Shown one piece after another: positions 43,121 to 57,516 of a stretch of DNA of 64,000 nt; within the stretch, counting starts at the first letter, position 1; the number at the start of each line of letters is the position of its first letter. Below the pieces are notes generated by a model that saw only the letters and a list, made by a program, of their open reading frames with translations, was not told the origin of the DNA and made no database searches. A program made the translations under genes and the position numbers. Source of the stretch: Eledone cirrhosa (taxonomy: Eukaryota); NCBI GenBank assembly GCA_964016885.1, contig OZ024741.1:179862001-179926000 (forward strand), given 5' to 3'.

Positions 43121-43424
43121 GCTAAACTTTACCGTATACAATTAGTACGTCCATTACAGTATTCTACAATAAGTAATAGGGTGTATGAGTCCCTCGATTA
43201 CGTATTTCCTTGCGGTTGTTTCAATAATATACATGATGAGAACCTAATTACATTTGAAACTCAATTAAAGGTTTGTAACATATTTTCAATGTATTGGGAA
43301 ATACGTATAACTGGTATGTTTACGTGTTTGCATACTGAAAAGGTGTCAATTTACATATATATTTATAAACAGTCGCATTTACCACTATACTGTGTATATA
43401 CAGATAGAATTTATCATATGTAAG

Positions 43425-43461
<37 letters not shown>

Positions 43462-43478
43462 GTATATGTATATATATA

Positions 43479-43581
<103 letters not shown>

Positions 43582-43678
43582 CTGTGTGTGTGTGTGTGTA
43601 TATACTTCGCCTTTGAATTTTTCTTATCTGACCCTCCCAAAGTATAACAATATATATATATATATATATAAATACACA

Positions 43679-43749
<71 letters not shown>

Positions 43750-44674
43750 ACACACACACACATATATATATATGTATATATGTATACATACATATATACG
43801 GATATTACGCCTCAAAATAGAAATAGCCAGGGAGGCGCCGTTTGTCAGTTGACGACGTCACATTTGCAAGCCAATTTTTAAAAATGGTTGTGGATTGCGA
43901 TTGCATAACATAACAAGCTTACGTTTTATAAGAAATAAGAGGTTCAATGTAAAATTTTAATATTTCCACCACCATCATCACCACCACCACAGAGCAACTC
44001 CCACCGCCACCATCACGCTCACCACCACCAACACCACCATCGTCATAACCAGGACCCCCTTCTTTTTTACACCGACCCCCCCCCCCCGTCGCCCTACCGC
44101 AGCCGCCTCCTAATTTCTATACTTCACCCCACATCCCCCTCCTTCCTTTTACTCATAATATTTATTGATTCATTAGAATAAAATATCATATCAAGCCTCC
44201 CTCCCTTCCCTTCCCTTCCCTTCCCTACTATATAACACCTACCATAATACTTCCCTACTTCGCTTTTACTGCAACATTATGTGCGTGTCGACCCCCCACC
44301 CACCCCCTCGCTCGGACCCCCATTCCCCACCCTACCACCACACCACAACATATATCCTCCCCTTCCCCCTCTTCATCACACCCCCCCCCTCCGCCAACTC
44401 CACCTCCTCTACCTTCACATGTGTATAAGAGATGCAGTATGCAGCAGTATCTGCCTTTCTATTCGATGGAGATTAGCATGTATGTATGTATGTATGTATG
44501 TATGTATGTATGTATGTATGTATGTATGTATGTATGTATGTACGTATGCATATATGTATGTATGTATGTATAAATGTATGTATGTATGTATGTATGTATA
44601 AATGTATGTATGTATGTATGTATGTATGTATGTATATGTATAAATGTATGTATGTATGTGTGTATGTTTGTATG

Positions 44675-44706
<32 letters not shown>

Positions 44707-45449
44707 TGTATATGTATGTATGTATGTATGTATATATGTATGTATGTATATGTATGTATATATGTGTTTATATATGTATCTATGAATATAGGTATGTATG
44801 TATGTATATGTATGTATATATGTATGTAAGTATATGTATGTATATATGTATGTATATATGTCTCTATGAATATATGTATGTAAGTATGTTTATATGTATG
44901 TATATGTATGTATATATGTATGTATATATGTATCTATAAATGTATCTATAAATGTATGTATGTATGCATGTATGCATGTATGCATGTATGTAATGTAAAT
45001 ATGCAGATCGGTTTTACACCACGAAATAAATAAATGAATACATATAACAAAATAATGAATTATCTCCCCTTCCCTTCCTTCTTTCTCGTTTCTCTGTCGT
45101 CGTCCTTTTAAAAACAATGGAATTGAGTGTTATGAGTGTTAATGCTTTTAAAAACATCTTATTGATATGGTTGATATATATTATATATTATATTATACAT
45201 ACGTACACATATATACACACATACATACACACATACATACATACATACATACATACATACATAACACATACATACATACATACATACATAACACATACAT
45301 GCGTACATACATACATATGTACATACATACATATGTATGTATATAAATTCTCTATATTTCTAGTCGTACGTAATTACGTACCTACATTCCGTGTGTTTGT
45401 TTGTTTGTTTGTGTGTATGTGTGTGTGTGTGTCCGTGTGTGTATTTGTT

Positions 45450-45490
<41 letters not shown>

Positions 45491-45676
45491 GCGTGTGCGT
45501 GTGTGTGTGTGTGTGTGCGTGCGTGTTTGTAGGGCTCTCTTCCACCCTTATAGTATCTTTCCGTTTCAGGCACACACACTTTTCATGTACTCATATGATG
45601 TTGGTGTTGATGGTGATGGGGTGTTGGCTGGGTTGGGGCGTGGTCGTGATAGAGTTGGCGGTGATTGTGGTGGTTA

Positions 45677-48468
45677 TAGTGGTGTTGGTGATAGTGGTGT
45701 TGGTGGTGTTGGTGATAGTGGTGTTGGTGATAGTGGTGTTGGTGATGGTGGTGTTGGTGATAGTGGTGTTGGTGATAGTGGTGTTGGTGATGGTGGTGTT
45801 GGTGATAGTGGTGTTGGTGATAGTAGTGTTGGTGATAGTGGTGTTGGTGATAGTGGTGTTGGTGATAGTGGTGTTGGTGATAGTGGTGTTGGTGATAGTG
45901 GTGATGGTGATAGTGATGTTGGTGATAGTGGTGTTGGTGGTGTTGGTGATAGTGGTGTTGGTGATAGTGGTGTTGGTGGTGTTGGTGATAGTGGTGTTGG
46001 TGGTGTTAGTGATAGTGGTGTTGGTGATAGTGGTGTTGGTGATAGTGGTGTTGGTGGTGTTAGTGATAGTGGTGTTGGTGGTGTTAGTGATAGTGGTGTT
46101 GGTGGTGTTGGTGATAGTGGTGTTGGTGATAGTGGTGTTGGTGATAGTGGTGTTGGTGATAGTGGTGTTGGTGGTGTTGGTGATAGTGGTGTTGGTGATA
46201 GTGGTGTTGGTGATAGTGGTGTTGGTGATAGTAGTGTTGGTGGTGTTGGTGATAGTGGTGTTGGTGATAGTGATGTTGGTGATAGTGGTGTTGGTGATAG
46301 TGGTGTTGGTGGTGTTAGTGATAGTGGTGTTGGTGATAGTGGTGTTGGTGATAGTGGTGTTGGTGGTGTTGGTGATAGTGGTGTTGGTGATAGTGGTGTT
46401 GGTGATAGTGGTGTTGGTGATAGTGGTGTTGGTGATAGTGGTGTTGGTGATAGTGGTGTTGGTGGTGTTGGTGATAGTGGTGTTGGTGATAGTGGTGTTG
46501 GTGGTGTTGGTGTTGGTGATAGTAGTGTTGGTGGTGTTGGTGATAGTGGTGTTGGTGATAGTGGTGTTGGTGATAGTGGTGTTGGTGGTGTTGGTGATAG
46601 TGGTGATTGTGGTGTTGGTGATAGTGGTGTTGGTGATAGTGGTGTTGGTGATAGTAGTGTTGGTGGTGTTGGTGATAGTGGTGTTGGTGATAGTGGTGTT
46701 GGTGATAGTGGTGTTGGTGATAGTGGTGTTGGTGGTGTTGGTGATAGTGGTGTTGGTGATAGTGGTGTTGGTGATAGTGGTGTTGGTGATAGTGGTGTTG
46801 GTGATAGTAGTGTTGGTGGTGTTGGTGATAGTGGTGTTGGTGATAGTGGTGTTGGTGATAGTGGTGTTGGTGATAGTGGTGTTGGTGATAGTGGTGTTGG
46901 TGATAGTGGTGTTGGTGGTGTTGGTGATAGTGGTGTTGGTGATAGTGGTGTTGGTGATAGTGGTGTTGGTGATAGTAGTGTTGGTGGTGTTGGTGATAGT
47001 GGTGTTGGTGATAGTGGTGTTGGTGATAGTGGTGTTGGTGATAGTGATGTTGGTGATAGTGGTGTTGGTGATAGTAGTGTTGGTGGTGTTGGTGATAGTG
47101 GTGTTGGTGATAGTGATGTTGGTGATAGTGGTGTTGGTGATAGTGGTGTTGGTGATAGTGATGTTGGTGATAGTGGTGGTGGTGATAGTGGCGTTGGTGA
47201 TAGTAGTGTTGGTGATAGTGATGTTGGTGATAGTAGTGGTGGTGATAGTGGTGATGGTGATAGTGGTGTTGGTGATAGTGATGTTGGTGATAGTGGTGGT
47301 GGTGATAGTGGTGTTGGTGATAGTAGTGTTGGTGATAGTGATGTTGGTGATAGTGATGTTGGTGATAGTGGTGGTGGTGATAGTGGTGTTGGTGATAGTG
47401 GTGTTGGTGATAGTGATGTTGGTGATAGTGGTGGTGGTGATAGTGGTGTTGGTGGTGTTGGTGATAGTGATGTTGGTGATAGTGGTGTTGGTGATAGTGG
47501 TGTTGGTGATAGTGGTGTTGGTGATAGTGGTGTTGGTGATAGTGGTGTTGGTGATAGTAGTGTTGGTGGTGTTGGTGATAGTGGTGTTGGTGATAGTGGT
47601 GTTGGTGATAGTGGTGTTGGTGATAGTGGTGTTGGTGATAGTGGTGTTGGTGATAGTGGTGTTGGTGATAGTAGTGTTGGTGATAGTGGTGTTGGTGATA
47701 GTGGTGTTGGTGATAGTGGTGGTGGTGATAGTGGTGATGGTGATAGTGGTGGTGGTGATAGTGGTGTTGGTGGTGTTGGTGATAGTGATGTTGGTGATAG
47801 TGGTGTTGGTGATAGTGGTGTTGGTGATAGTGGTGTTGGTGATAGTGGTGTTGGTGATAGTGGTGTTGGTGATAGTAGTGTTGGTGGTGTTGGTGATAGT
47901 GGTGTTGGTGATAGTGGTGTTGGTGATAGTGGTGTTGGTGATAGTGGTGTTGGTGATAGTGGTGTTGGTGATAGTGGTGTTGGTGATAGTAGTGTTGGTG
48001 ATAGTGGTGTTGGTGATAGTGGTGTTGGTGATAGTGGTGTTGGTGATAGTGGTGTTGGTGATAGTGATGTTGGTGATAGTGGTGTTGGTGATAGTGGTGT
48101 TGGTGGTGTTGGTGATAGTGGTGTTGGTGATAGTGATGTTGGTGGTGTTGGTGATAGTGGTGTTGGTGATAGTGGTGTTGGTGGTGTTGGTGTTAGTGAT
48201 AGTGGTTTTGGTGATAGTGGTGTTGGTGATAGTAGTGTTGGTGGTGTTGGTGATAGTGGTGTTGGTGGTGTTGGTGATAGTGGTGTTGGTGGTGTTGGTG
48301 ATAGTGGTGTTGGTGATAGTGGTGTTGGTGATAGTGGTGTTGGTGATAGTGGTGTTGGTGGTGTTGGTGATAGTGGTGTTGGTGATAGTGGTGTTGGTGG
48401 TGTTGGTGTTAGTGATAGTGGTGTTGGTGATAGTGGTGTTGGTGATAGTGGTGTTGGTGATAGTGGTG
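45677..48468. repeat. About 2.8-kb minisatellite of 15-bp GGTGATAGTGGTGTT units interspersed with 9-bp GGTGGTGTT units
   Basis: Direct inspection; units that are multiples of 3 explain the ORFs of more than 1000 aa. Confidence 0.95.
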
Positions 48469-49303
48469 TGGTGGTAGTGGATAGTGTTGGTGTAGTGTGT
48501 AGTGGTGTAGGTGATAGAGTGGTGATAGGTGAGAGTGAGTGGTGTTGGTGCTAGTGGTTGGTAGTGGTGATGGTGATAGTTGTGTGTATGGAGTTAGTAG
48601 GTGATGAGAGGTGTTGGGTAGATTGGTGCTGTGGTGATGTGGTGTTGGTGTAGTGGAGTTGGTGTTGGTGATAGTGGTGTTGGTGATAGTGGTGTTGGTA
48701 GTGGTGTTGTGAAGTGTGTTGTGATAGTGGTGAGTGTGGTGATAGTGGTGTTGGTGATAGTGGTGCTAGGAGATAGTGTGATGTGTAGTGAGTTGAGTGG
48801 TGTTGGTGGTGGTTGATATGGTGATAGGGTGATCGTGATAGTGGTGATAGTGGAGATAGTGGTGTTGGTGGTGTTGGTGATAGTGGAGATAGTGGTGTTG
48901 GTGGTGTTGGTGATAGTGGAGATAGTGGTGGTGGTAGTGATGGGATAGCAATGGTGTTAATGATAATTGTTGTTATTGCTGTTGTTGTTATTGTTGTTGT
49001 TGATGATGCTGTTTCTGTTGTTGTTGCGTCTGATGCTGTTGTATTTGTTGTTGTTAATGTTGTTGCTGGTTTTTTGTTCCTTTTTTTGTTGTTGATGTTG
49101 TTGTTACTGATGTTGTTCTTGTTCAGCCCCAGGTCGAGCAGACCTTTGATCAAATAAGTATCAACCATGGCTCACCGAACTTATTTCTTTTTCCTTTTCT
49201 AGACATGATGTATCTAGGACTACGCCATCCACTGTGTTCATTCATTTTAATAAAATTACCCCAATGTGTGATGGGAAGGAGATTTCGGGTGCTATTTCTA
49301 AGC

Positions 49304-49520
49304 GCCGTCTAGTGGTTAGGGTATTGAGTTCATATCATAAGGTACTGAGTTCAATCCCTTAACCGGATGATGCGTTCTGTCCTTCACTTGACGTTGGTCA
49401 ATTCCACCCAGGCGAAAGAAAATATGTACTATCAGCAGCAGCAGGGGAAGATGTACGCTGTGCCGGACTGGCGACCCATCGAATGGAAATTCTTGTAATC
49501 TCAGCCGCTTTAACGCATCA
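49304..49520 (+). mobile_element. Diverged tRNA SINE (related to 61882-62160)
   Basis: A-box GTCTAGTGGTTAG, B-box GAGTTCAATCC, GGACTGGCGACCCATC. Confidence 0.55.
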
Positions 49521-51139
49521 TGAAACAGGGATATGTTATTTCCCAATGAGCCTCTCGTTTGGGACAGATTAAAATTTTAACGTAAGTATGGTATTATTTA
49601 CGGGAGATTTGGCTGCTATTTCGAGATGAACAGGTGTAACATTATTACATGTGTTTTAATAGGAATGGATTTTAGATTGACGACGTGATAAATGTACTGG
49701 TTTATTTTTGATTAGCCACAGAGAAAACAGGCGAATTAGCAGAGTTGTTAGAACGTCGAATAGAATGCTTTGTGGTATTCGCATCAACCCTCTACGATCT
49801 GAGTCCAAAACCTACTGAGATAAGATTTGCGAGGTCGAGAAAAAAAACTACCTGTCACAATCACTCTCTCTCTCTCTTTCTCTCTAAAAAAAAAAAAAAA
49901 AAAAAAAATCGGTTGTGTTCAGACCTGGAGAAGGATGGGTTCTGCAAGGTTTAAATTGCCCAAGATACGCCGTATGTCACTACAGTGCCCCTTCCAACAT
50001 GCATGCATACATACATTCATACATACATACATACACATTCCAAAACGTCTGCATCTAATAACTACATGTACACATGTACAGATACAAAGAATATACACAC
50101 GCACACATATAACTCAAAACATACACCTCCTAACATACAACATCCATACCTGCACACACATGCATGCAGATATGCATACATATCTACCTAGTTGATGTTG
50201 TGTAAATTCCAACGAGAGAGTCTTATAACTATGTTAGAAACCGACTCCCTCTCTATTGGTAAAAACTTGTGAAATTATAAAACCAGGAGAACATACAAAC
50301 ATACATACATACATACATACATACATACATACATACATACATACATACATACATACATACATACATACATACATACATGATGACTGCAAACTCTGCTAAG
50401 AGTACTGCAATCGCTTGTCAGATTATAGAGTTTGGTGCACTTTTAAGCTACGGCCAGCCACACGAACCTGTAATATATCCTGAACAAGCAATGCCTGTGC
50501 TTTGAAGGTTTGTTTAAGTGGAGAAAGTCTTTGCACTCCACCAATACCACTCTCTGAGCATCGAAAACGGTACCTGAAAAGGAGAACTGGTCAGCATCAT
50601 CGGATGCTTCCGAAGCCGCAGGTTTTTTCAGAGTTTCCTTCTCCTAAAAAGGTGTTGTGACAACAACTGAAGGCCTTTCACTCCCAGATTAAAAAAAAAT
50701 ACTATTTGGATGGCTGTTGACTCTGCTGAGTTCCACCGCCTTCGCCGGGTCTTGTATTTAATCCCGCAGGGAGTTCAAATATCCCCCTCCTTACCAAGCT
50801 AGCTTGTTGGGTTTGCCGGTTTAGTCGCCGACGACCCGACCATAGGGCAGGTTGTACTGCGTTACATGTTACCAGTAGCACTTGAGAGGGACCTGCCATA
50901 CATACATACATACATACATACATACATACATACATACATACATACATACATACATACATACATTCGTTTGACTTGTTACAGAGAAAAATACGACGAGTTG
51001 GCAGAGGGATGAGTGTTTCGTATAGAGCGCCTGGCAAAATTTCTTCTGAATCCATAGTAAACTGACATCTGACTGTTCAAAGAAGACTTAAAAAATAACC
51101 AGTAACGACATCTCTTGTAAATGGAAAAAATTTGGCATC

Positions 51140-51178
<39 letters not shown>

Positions 51179-51180
<2 letters not shown>

Positions 51181-53097
51181 AACAAGTATGACACCGACGG
51201 CAGAGCTCAAGCCGTTTCGACGGCTATTTCTGGACTAAATAAGAACTTTTAGCCTGGTAAATAAATAGCCGAACTTCTCAGGGGGTATTTCCTTCCTTAT
51301 ATGGGAAGATAGTAATTGTCAAGAGGGTTGGTCAAAAATTTGTTGTAAAGACAGATAAATCTATCATGGCATTTGGTGGGTGGTAGGGGTGACTGAACTT
51401 GCCGGTAGAACAAAGAGGGAGTGGGGGAAACCCAGTCAGGCGATGAAAGTGAAATCTATACAGTAGATTCTAAGGATAGTGTATAAAGGTTGAAAAAAGT
51501 GTACTGGAGAAGAGGGGGGGGGGGGTGAAAGAATAAGTAAATCGAAAGGGAGTAAAAAAAAAACATTATAAAAATAAGGAAATAAATATATAAAAACAAT
51601 TTCTGGTTACTACTCCATTTCTACAATCACCAAATTTCTCATTGGTATTGTTAAGCTATAGAAAAGTTTAATAGGTGGAGAATGGGAAAAATACTAAATA
51701 CGAGATTGTAGTGAAAGAATTTTATAAGCCGGCTTTACAGGGGATCTAACACCGCTGCTATAGATAGTTAGTAATCAGCCAATGCTATCTTACAATGACA
51801 GGTTAATAAGTTGAGAACAAAAAAACTAAAATACTACTACAAAAATACTAATACAAAATACTAATACAAAAATATTAACTTTTCCTCTATGTTTCCTTCT
51901 TCCCCCCATCTCTTCCTAGTCCTTCCACCCCAGATCTCCTTCCTCGTCTTTCTTTCACCTTTCGCCTACCCTGATGAAGCCCATCGGTCCTCTGTAGCCT
52001 CACTACCCCTCCCCCTAATTTTAAGATAGAATTGGCCGATTACGCTTTTTATAGCAGATGTGTTAGACCCCAGTAAATTTTTTTCTTTCTGGTTGCTGCT
52101 CCATTTCTATGGTTTCTAAATTTCTTAGTGGTATTTTTGTATTAGTATTTTTGTATTAGTATTTTGTATTAGTATTTTTGTATTAGTATTTTGTATTAGT
52201 ATTTTTGTATTAGTATTTTTGTATTAGTATTTTTGTATTAGTATTTTTCTATTAGTATTTTGTATTAGTATTTTTGTATTAGTATTTTGTATTAGTATTT
52301 TTGTATTAGTATTTTGTATTAGTATTTTTGTATTAGTATTTTGTATTAGTATTTTTGTAGTAGTATTTTAGTTTTTTTGTTCTCAACTTATTAACCTGTC
52401 ATTGTAAGATAGCATTGGCTGATTACTAACTATCTATAGCAACGGTGTTAGATCCCCTGTAAAGCCGGCTTTATAAAATTAATTCACTACAATCTCGTAT
52501 TTAGTATTTTTCCCATTCTCCACCTATTAAACTTTTCTATAGCTTAACAATACCAATGAGAAATTGGTGATTGTAGAAATGGAGTAGTAACCAGAAATTG
52601 TTTTTATATATTTATTTCCTTATTTTTATAATGGTTTTTTTTTACTCCCTTTCGATTTACTTATTCTTTCACCCCCCCCCCCCCCTCTTCTCCAGTACAC
52701 TTTTTTCGACCTTCTATACACTATCCTTAGAATCTACTGTATAGATTTCACATTCAATGCTTGACTGGGTTTCCCCCACTCCCTCTTTGTTCTACCGGCA
52801 AGTTCAGCCACCCCTACCGCCCACCAAATGCCATGATAGATTCATCTGTCTTTACAACAAATTTTTGACCAATCCTTTTGACAATTACTATCTTCCCATA
52901 TAAGGAAATACCCCCTGAGAAGTTCGGCTATTTATTTACCAGGCTAAAAATTCTTATTTAGTCCAGAAATAGCCGTCGAAACGGCTTGAGCTCTGCCGTT
53001 GGGGTCATACTTGTTCCTATTACCCACTCTACTAACCTAAGTATTAAGTAATTTGGTGCGTTATGGTCTATATGGTTCCTTACCACAATTCCTTCGT
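51179..53097 (+). mobile_element. Long family B element: about 700-bp inverted arms plus tail, in (TA)n
   Basis: 51179-51870 inverted at about 52325-53016; complete HHR-like fold at 52910-53005; 13/14-bp TATTAGTATTTT(T)G minisatellite at 52132-52365. Confidence 0.9.
52910..53005 (+). ncRNA. Hammerhead-like motif, variant core
   Basis: ACCCC-CTGAGAA-GTTCGGCTATTT...AAATAGCCGTC-GAAA-CGGC(TTGAGCTCT)GCCG-TT-GGGGT; the triplet is GTC in other copies. Confidence 0.6.
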
Positions 53098-53150
53098 TAT
53101 ATATATATATATATACGATGCCAAATTTTTTCCATTTACAAGAGATGTCG

Positions 53151-53243
<93 letters not shown>

Positions 53244-53673
53244 CATATATATGTATATATATATATATATTTATATATATATGTATATATATATATATAT
53301 GTACATGTATATATCCAACTATATAGTATGACATCCTAAAAAATATGGTAAGAATTGTCAGCTGTCCCTTAGCTTAGTGTTAAAACATGGTATTTAAGAG
53401 AGGTGGGATTCGATTTCTTTCTGTTTTCCATCTCTAAGTTTAATTTAATCCAATTTTATCGACTTCTTTCTATTGTGATAAACATATATGATTTTTTCCG
53501 TGCCTTCTCCTCACACTCTATTTCGTCTTTTATTTCTCATTCTATCTTCTGATCAACGAGTAGTGTCCCACTGCATCAAGCGTTAAACTAAAATATTTCT
53601 TCATTGTACTATGTTGTTTGCTTTCTTGTTTCCGTTTACTTTTTGCATCCCTCTCTCTCTCTCTCTCTCTCTC

Positions 53674-53735
<62 letters not shown>

Positions 53736-53737
<2 letters not shown>

Positions 53738-53905
53738 AACCAGTAAGACCCCGACGGCTGAGCTCAAGCCGTTTCGACGGCTAATTCGAAACGGCTTGAG
53801 CTCAGCCGTCGGGGTCTTACTGGTTCCTATTACCCACTCTACTACCCCAAGTATTGAGTACTTTGGTGCGTTATGGTCCACCTGGTTCCTTACCACATTC
53901 CCTTC

Positions 53906-53909
<4 letters not shown>
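53736..53909 (+). mobile_element. Family B fold-back insertion in (TA)n
   Basis: Arms 53734-53777/53785-53829 plus tail. Confidence 0.85.
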
Positions 53910-53989
<80 letters not shown>

Positions 53990-53993
<4 letters not shown>

Positions 53994-54636
53994 TAAGATA
54001 ATTAAAACAAAGAGAGGACAACGAACAGAAACAAAACAAAACGAAAAACAATTTTAAGGGGAAACTTAAAAAAAGTATTTTTAAAAATAAATATATAAAC
54101 GAAGGACACAGAACTCCATGGTCATCGGCCGTTGAGATGGACTTAGGCAGTTTCGACCCCTACCAACAGTACTGTTGGTCCATCCGGCGTCACAGCGTCT
54201 TACGCAAGCCAAACTCTGTCTAGTGGAGTAAAAGACGAGAGACAAAACATTAATGTATAGCAATTAAGTTATAAGTATACATAGAATTTTGTGTGGCGCC
54301 AGGGGAAAAGTCTGGTGCCTCATATAGCACGAGAGACATGAATGAAACAAAGAAAAAAAAGGAGAAAAAAGAAAGGAAGGAAAAAGCGAGAAGAAAGTAA
54401 GATATCGTGTTAAACAATGTAAGTTATCGCAATAAATGGGGAGAGAAGAGATAAACAGATCCGTGACATTAGTAGATAAACTCAAGAATATTAACAAAGA
54501 GAGGCCAAAACAACGAACAGAAACAAAACAAAACGAGAAACAATTTTTTGAGGAGAAACATTAAAAATTATTTTAAAAATAAGAATACAAACGAAGGACG
54601 CAGAACTTCAGAATCTTCGCTCGTTGAGATGGACTA

Positions 54637-54640
<4 letters not shown>
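53990..54640 (-). mobile_element. Element with about 110-bp direct terminal repeats between TA tracts (possible pLTR monomer of about 490 bp)
   Basis: 54009-54117 repeated at 54496-54607; GTTGAGATGGACT also repeated. Confidence 0.55.
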
Positions 54641-54730
<90 letters not shown>

Positions 54731-54984
54731 TAAGTTATTCCGGGTTGAATCGGAGGTAACCACAGTAAGTAAGGTACTCAATACATAGCAGAGTATAAAA
54801 GTTTTAATATAGATGAGATTCTACAGGACTAGAACTGTTTCATTCTTGAGAAATCATCAGGAATCTGACTGTCCAAGTAAATATGGTGGTATTTATATAT
54901 TTTCTGGTGGTAGGAGAGGGTGGGGAGTGGGGTGGGTGGAGGTCATTGGTTGAAAGAAAAGGGAATTCATTAAAAGCTAATTCG

Positions 54985-55173
54985 TTTTGGTTTTATCGGA
55001 GGAGACATGGAGATTGGAGGATTTTTTTATATTCCGCAATTGAGTATTTAAGTAGGCCTGGAATGGTGTGGTGGTACTACGAAATTTGATATCTTTGATC
55101 ATATTGAAGAGGTCTTCTTCAAATGGCCAAGTAGGCTGTTGGTGGGTGGTGCCTTATTCGTTTTGAAACCGAA

Positions 55174-55175
<2 letters not shown>
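54985..55175 (-). pseudogene. PLE ORF N-terminal (pre-RT) fragment
   Basis: FGFKTNKAPPTNSLL, frameshift, PFEEDLFNMIKDIKFRSTTTPFQAYLNTQLRNIKKSSNLHVSSDKTK; matches the GFK..FExDL..IKFR..FQ..xDKT pattern preceding PLE RT domains. Confidence 0.75.
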
Positions 55176-55256
<81 letters not shown>

Positions 55257-55770
55257 ATATGTGTATATGTGTTTGTATATGTGTTTGTATATGTGTATAT
55301 TTATATATGTGTGTGTGTATGTGAATGTGTCTGTAGACACCTGAAATATAGCTTAGAGAAACATGACAATAAGGACAGGCACCCAATATTTGAACTGGTT
55401 TATAGAATTCTCTCTGCCTTTGTCATTCTAAGTAGAGCTTTAAAGAATTAGCTTTTAAAGAATTTCCATTTCCTTTAAACTCATCAACCATGACTGACCC
55501 CCCCCCCCCCCCTCCACCATCTTATAGACGCCTGAAATATAGGCATTGTTGGCTTAAGAGAAACTTAAAAATAAGAAGTGGCACCCTAATTTGAACTTGT
55601 TTATAGAATTCTTTCTGTCTTTGTCACTCTAAATATAAATTATAGCTTTAAAGAATTAGCTTTTAATGAATTCCCTTTTCTTTCAAACAATGACCTCCAC
55701 CCACCCCACTCCCCACCCTCTCCTACCATCAGAAAAGATATAAATACCACCATATTTACTTGGACAGTCA

Positions 55771-55819
55771 GATTCCTGATGATTTCTCAAGAATGAAACA
55801 GTTCTAGTCCTGTAGAATC
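55771..55819 (+). ncRNA. Type-I hammerhead ribozyme motif
   Basis: GATTC-CTGATGA-TTTCTCAAGAAT-GAAA-CAG(TTCTAGTC)CTG-TA-GAATC; all core nucleotides canonical. Confidence 0.85.
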
Positions 55820-55831
55820 TCATATATATAT

Positions 55832-57516
55832 ATATCATAAATCATGTACTTAGAATTATTAGATAAAATATATACCATTTCCTCTCCCAATTAGCATAAT
55901 TAACCATATAAAAAAATAAATTAGACCAGGCTATAAGAATTATGGCTCCTATGAAGAAATATTTGATAAATAACCGAAAGCGGCCTCTTCGCGGTGACCT
56001 CAATAGAGTATTTACCCAACATTTCAACAGCATGTAGAAACTGATTAAATATACCGTCAACCATACACAATTAGGTGTAAATTTAAACTTAGAAGAAACG
56101 CGTACATACCGTAATTACATCTCTACCATGGTTTCGTCCGTATTTTTAGATATCCTATTGTTACGATGAACCTAGAGTAACAGACTCTTCAGGAGACAAA
56201 CTCAAGTTGGACAGTTAATTTTCCAAAGCGATCGCGCCAAAACTAAATTCAAAAATGGCTAAGAATCGTGACGTGGCAGTGGTCAAGTTAGAAAGAATGT
56301 GATTAGTTGCTTACGGCGGATAGGCTAGTTGCTAGAAAGCGCAGCCCAATATCGCCTAATTGCATCTCAACCCAACGGGAGATTATTAAATATGAAGATT
56401 TACATATACATAAAGTCACAGATATAAATGTGGAATGTAAATCTTTATATTTAATAATCTCCCGTTGGGTTGAGATGCAATCAGGCGATATTGGGCTGCG
56501 CTTTCTAGCAACTAGCCTACCCGCCGTAAGCAACTAATCACATTCTTTCTAACTTGCTGTTGAATTGTTGGGTAAATTCTCTATTGAAGTCACCGCGAAG
56601 AGGCCGCTTTCGGTTATTTATCAAATATTTCTTTATGGGAGCCTTTATTCTTATAGCCTGGTCTAATTGATTTTTTTTATATGGTTAATTATGCTAATTG
56701 GGAGAAGAAATGGTATATATTTTATCTAATAATTCTAAGGACATGATTTATGATATATTGCTCTGATTATTTAATTTATTAATTCTTCATTGAGCCACAC
56801 CGTGACCGGATGCCACATATATATCTGTGACTTTATGTATATGTAAATCTTTATATTTAATAATCTCCCGTTGGTTTGAGAAGCAATTAGGCGATATTGG
56901 GCTGCGCTTTCCAGCAACTAGCCTACCCGCCGTAAGCAACTAATCAACTAATCACATTCTTTCTAACTTGACCACTGCACGTCACGATTCTTAGCCATTT
57001 TTGAATTTAGTTTTGGCGCGATCGCTTCGGAAAATTAACTGTCCAACTTGAGTTTGTCTCCTGAAGAGTCTGTTACTCTAGGTTCATCGTAACAATAGGA
57101 TATCTAAAAATACGGACGAAACCATGGTAGAGATGTAATTACGGTATGTACACGTTTCTTCTAAGTTTAAATTTACACCTAATTGTGTATGGTTGGCGGT
57201 ATATTTAGTCAGTTTCTACATGCTGTTGAAATGTTGGGTAAATACTCTATTGAGGTCACCGCGAAGAGGCCGCTTTCGGTTATTTATCAAATATTTCTTC
57301 ATAGGAGCCTTTATTCTTATAGCCTGGTCTAATTTATTTTTTTATATGGTTAATTATGCTAATTGGAAGAGGAAATGGTATATATTTTATCTAATAATTC
57401 TAAGGACATGATTTATGATATATTGCTCTGATTATTTAATTTATTAATTCTTCATTGAGTCACAACGTGACCGGTTGCCACATATATATCTGTGACTTTA
57501 TGTATATGTAAATCTT

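Larger units (their letters stand above)
54733..55822. mobile_element. Family E PLE derivative with inverted pLTRs, each carrying an intact HHR
   Basis: 54814-54983 inverted at 55653-55822; HHRs at 54817-54865 (-) and 55771-55819 (+). Confidence 0.85.

Noticed and set aside
45117-48554. 1145-aa and 1028-aa ORFs
   Set aside because: They consist of microsatellite and 15/9-bp minisatellite translation, with no domain, signal peptide or splice evidence.
51965-52045. Second hammerhead starting at CTGATGA (51971)
   Set aside because: No matching GAAA/helix III or convincing helix I downstream.
52132-52365. CRISPR-like array
   Set aside because: Contiguous 13/14-bp units without spacers, in a eukaryotic context.
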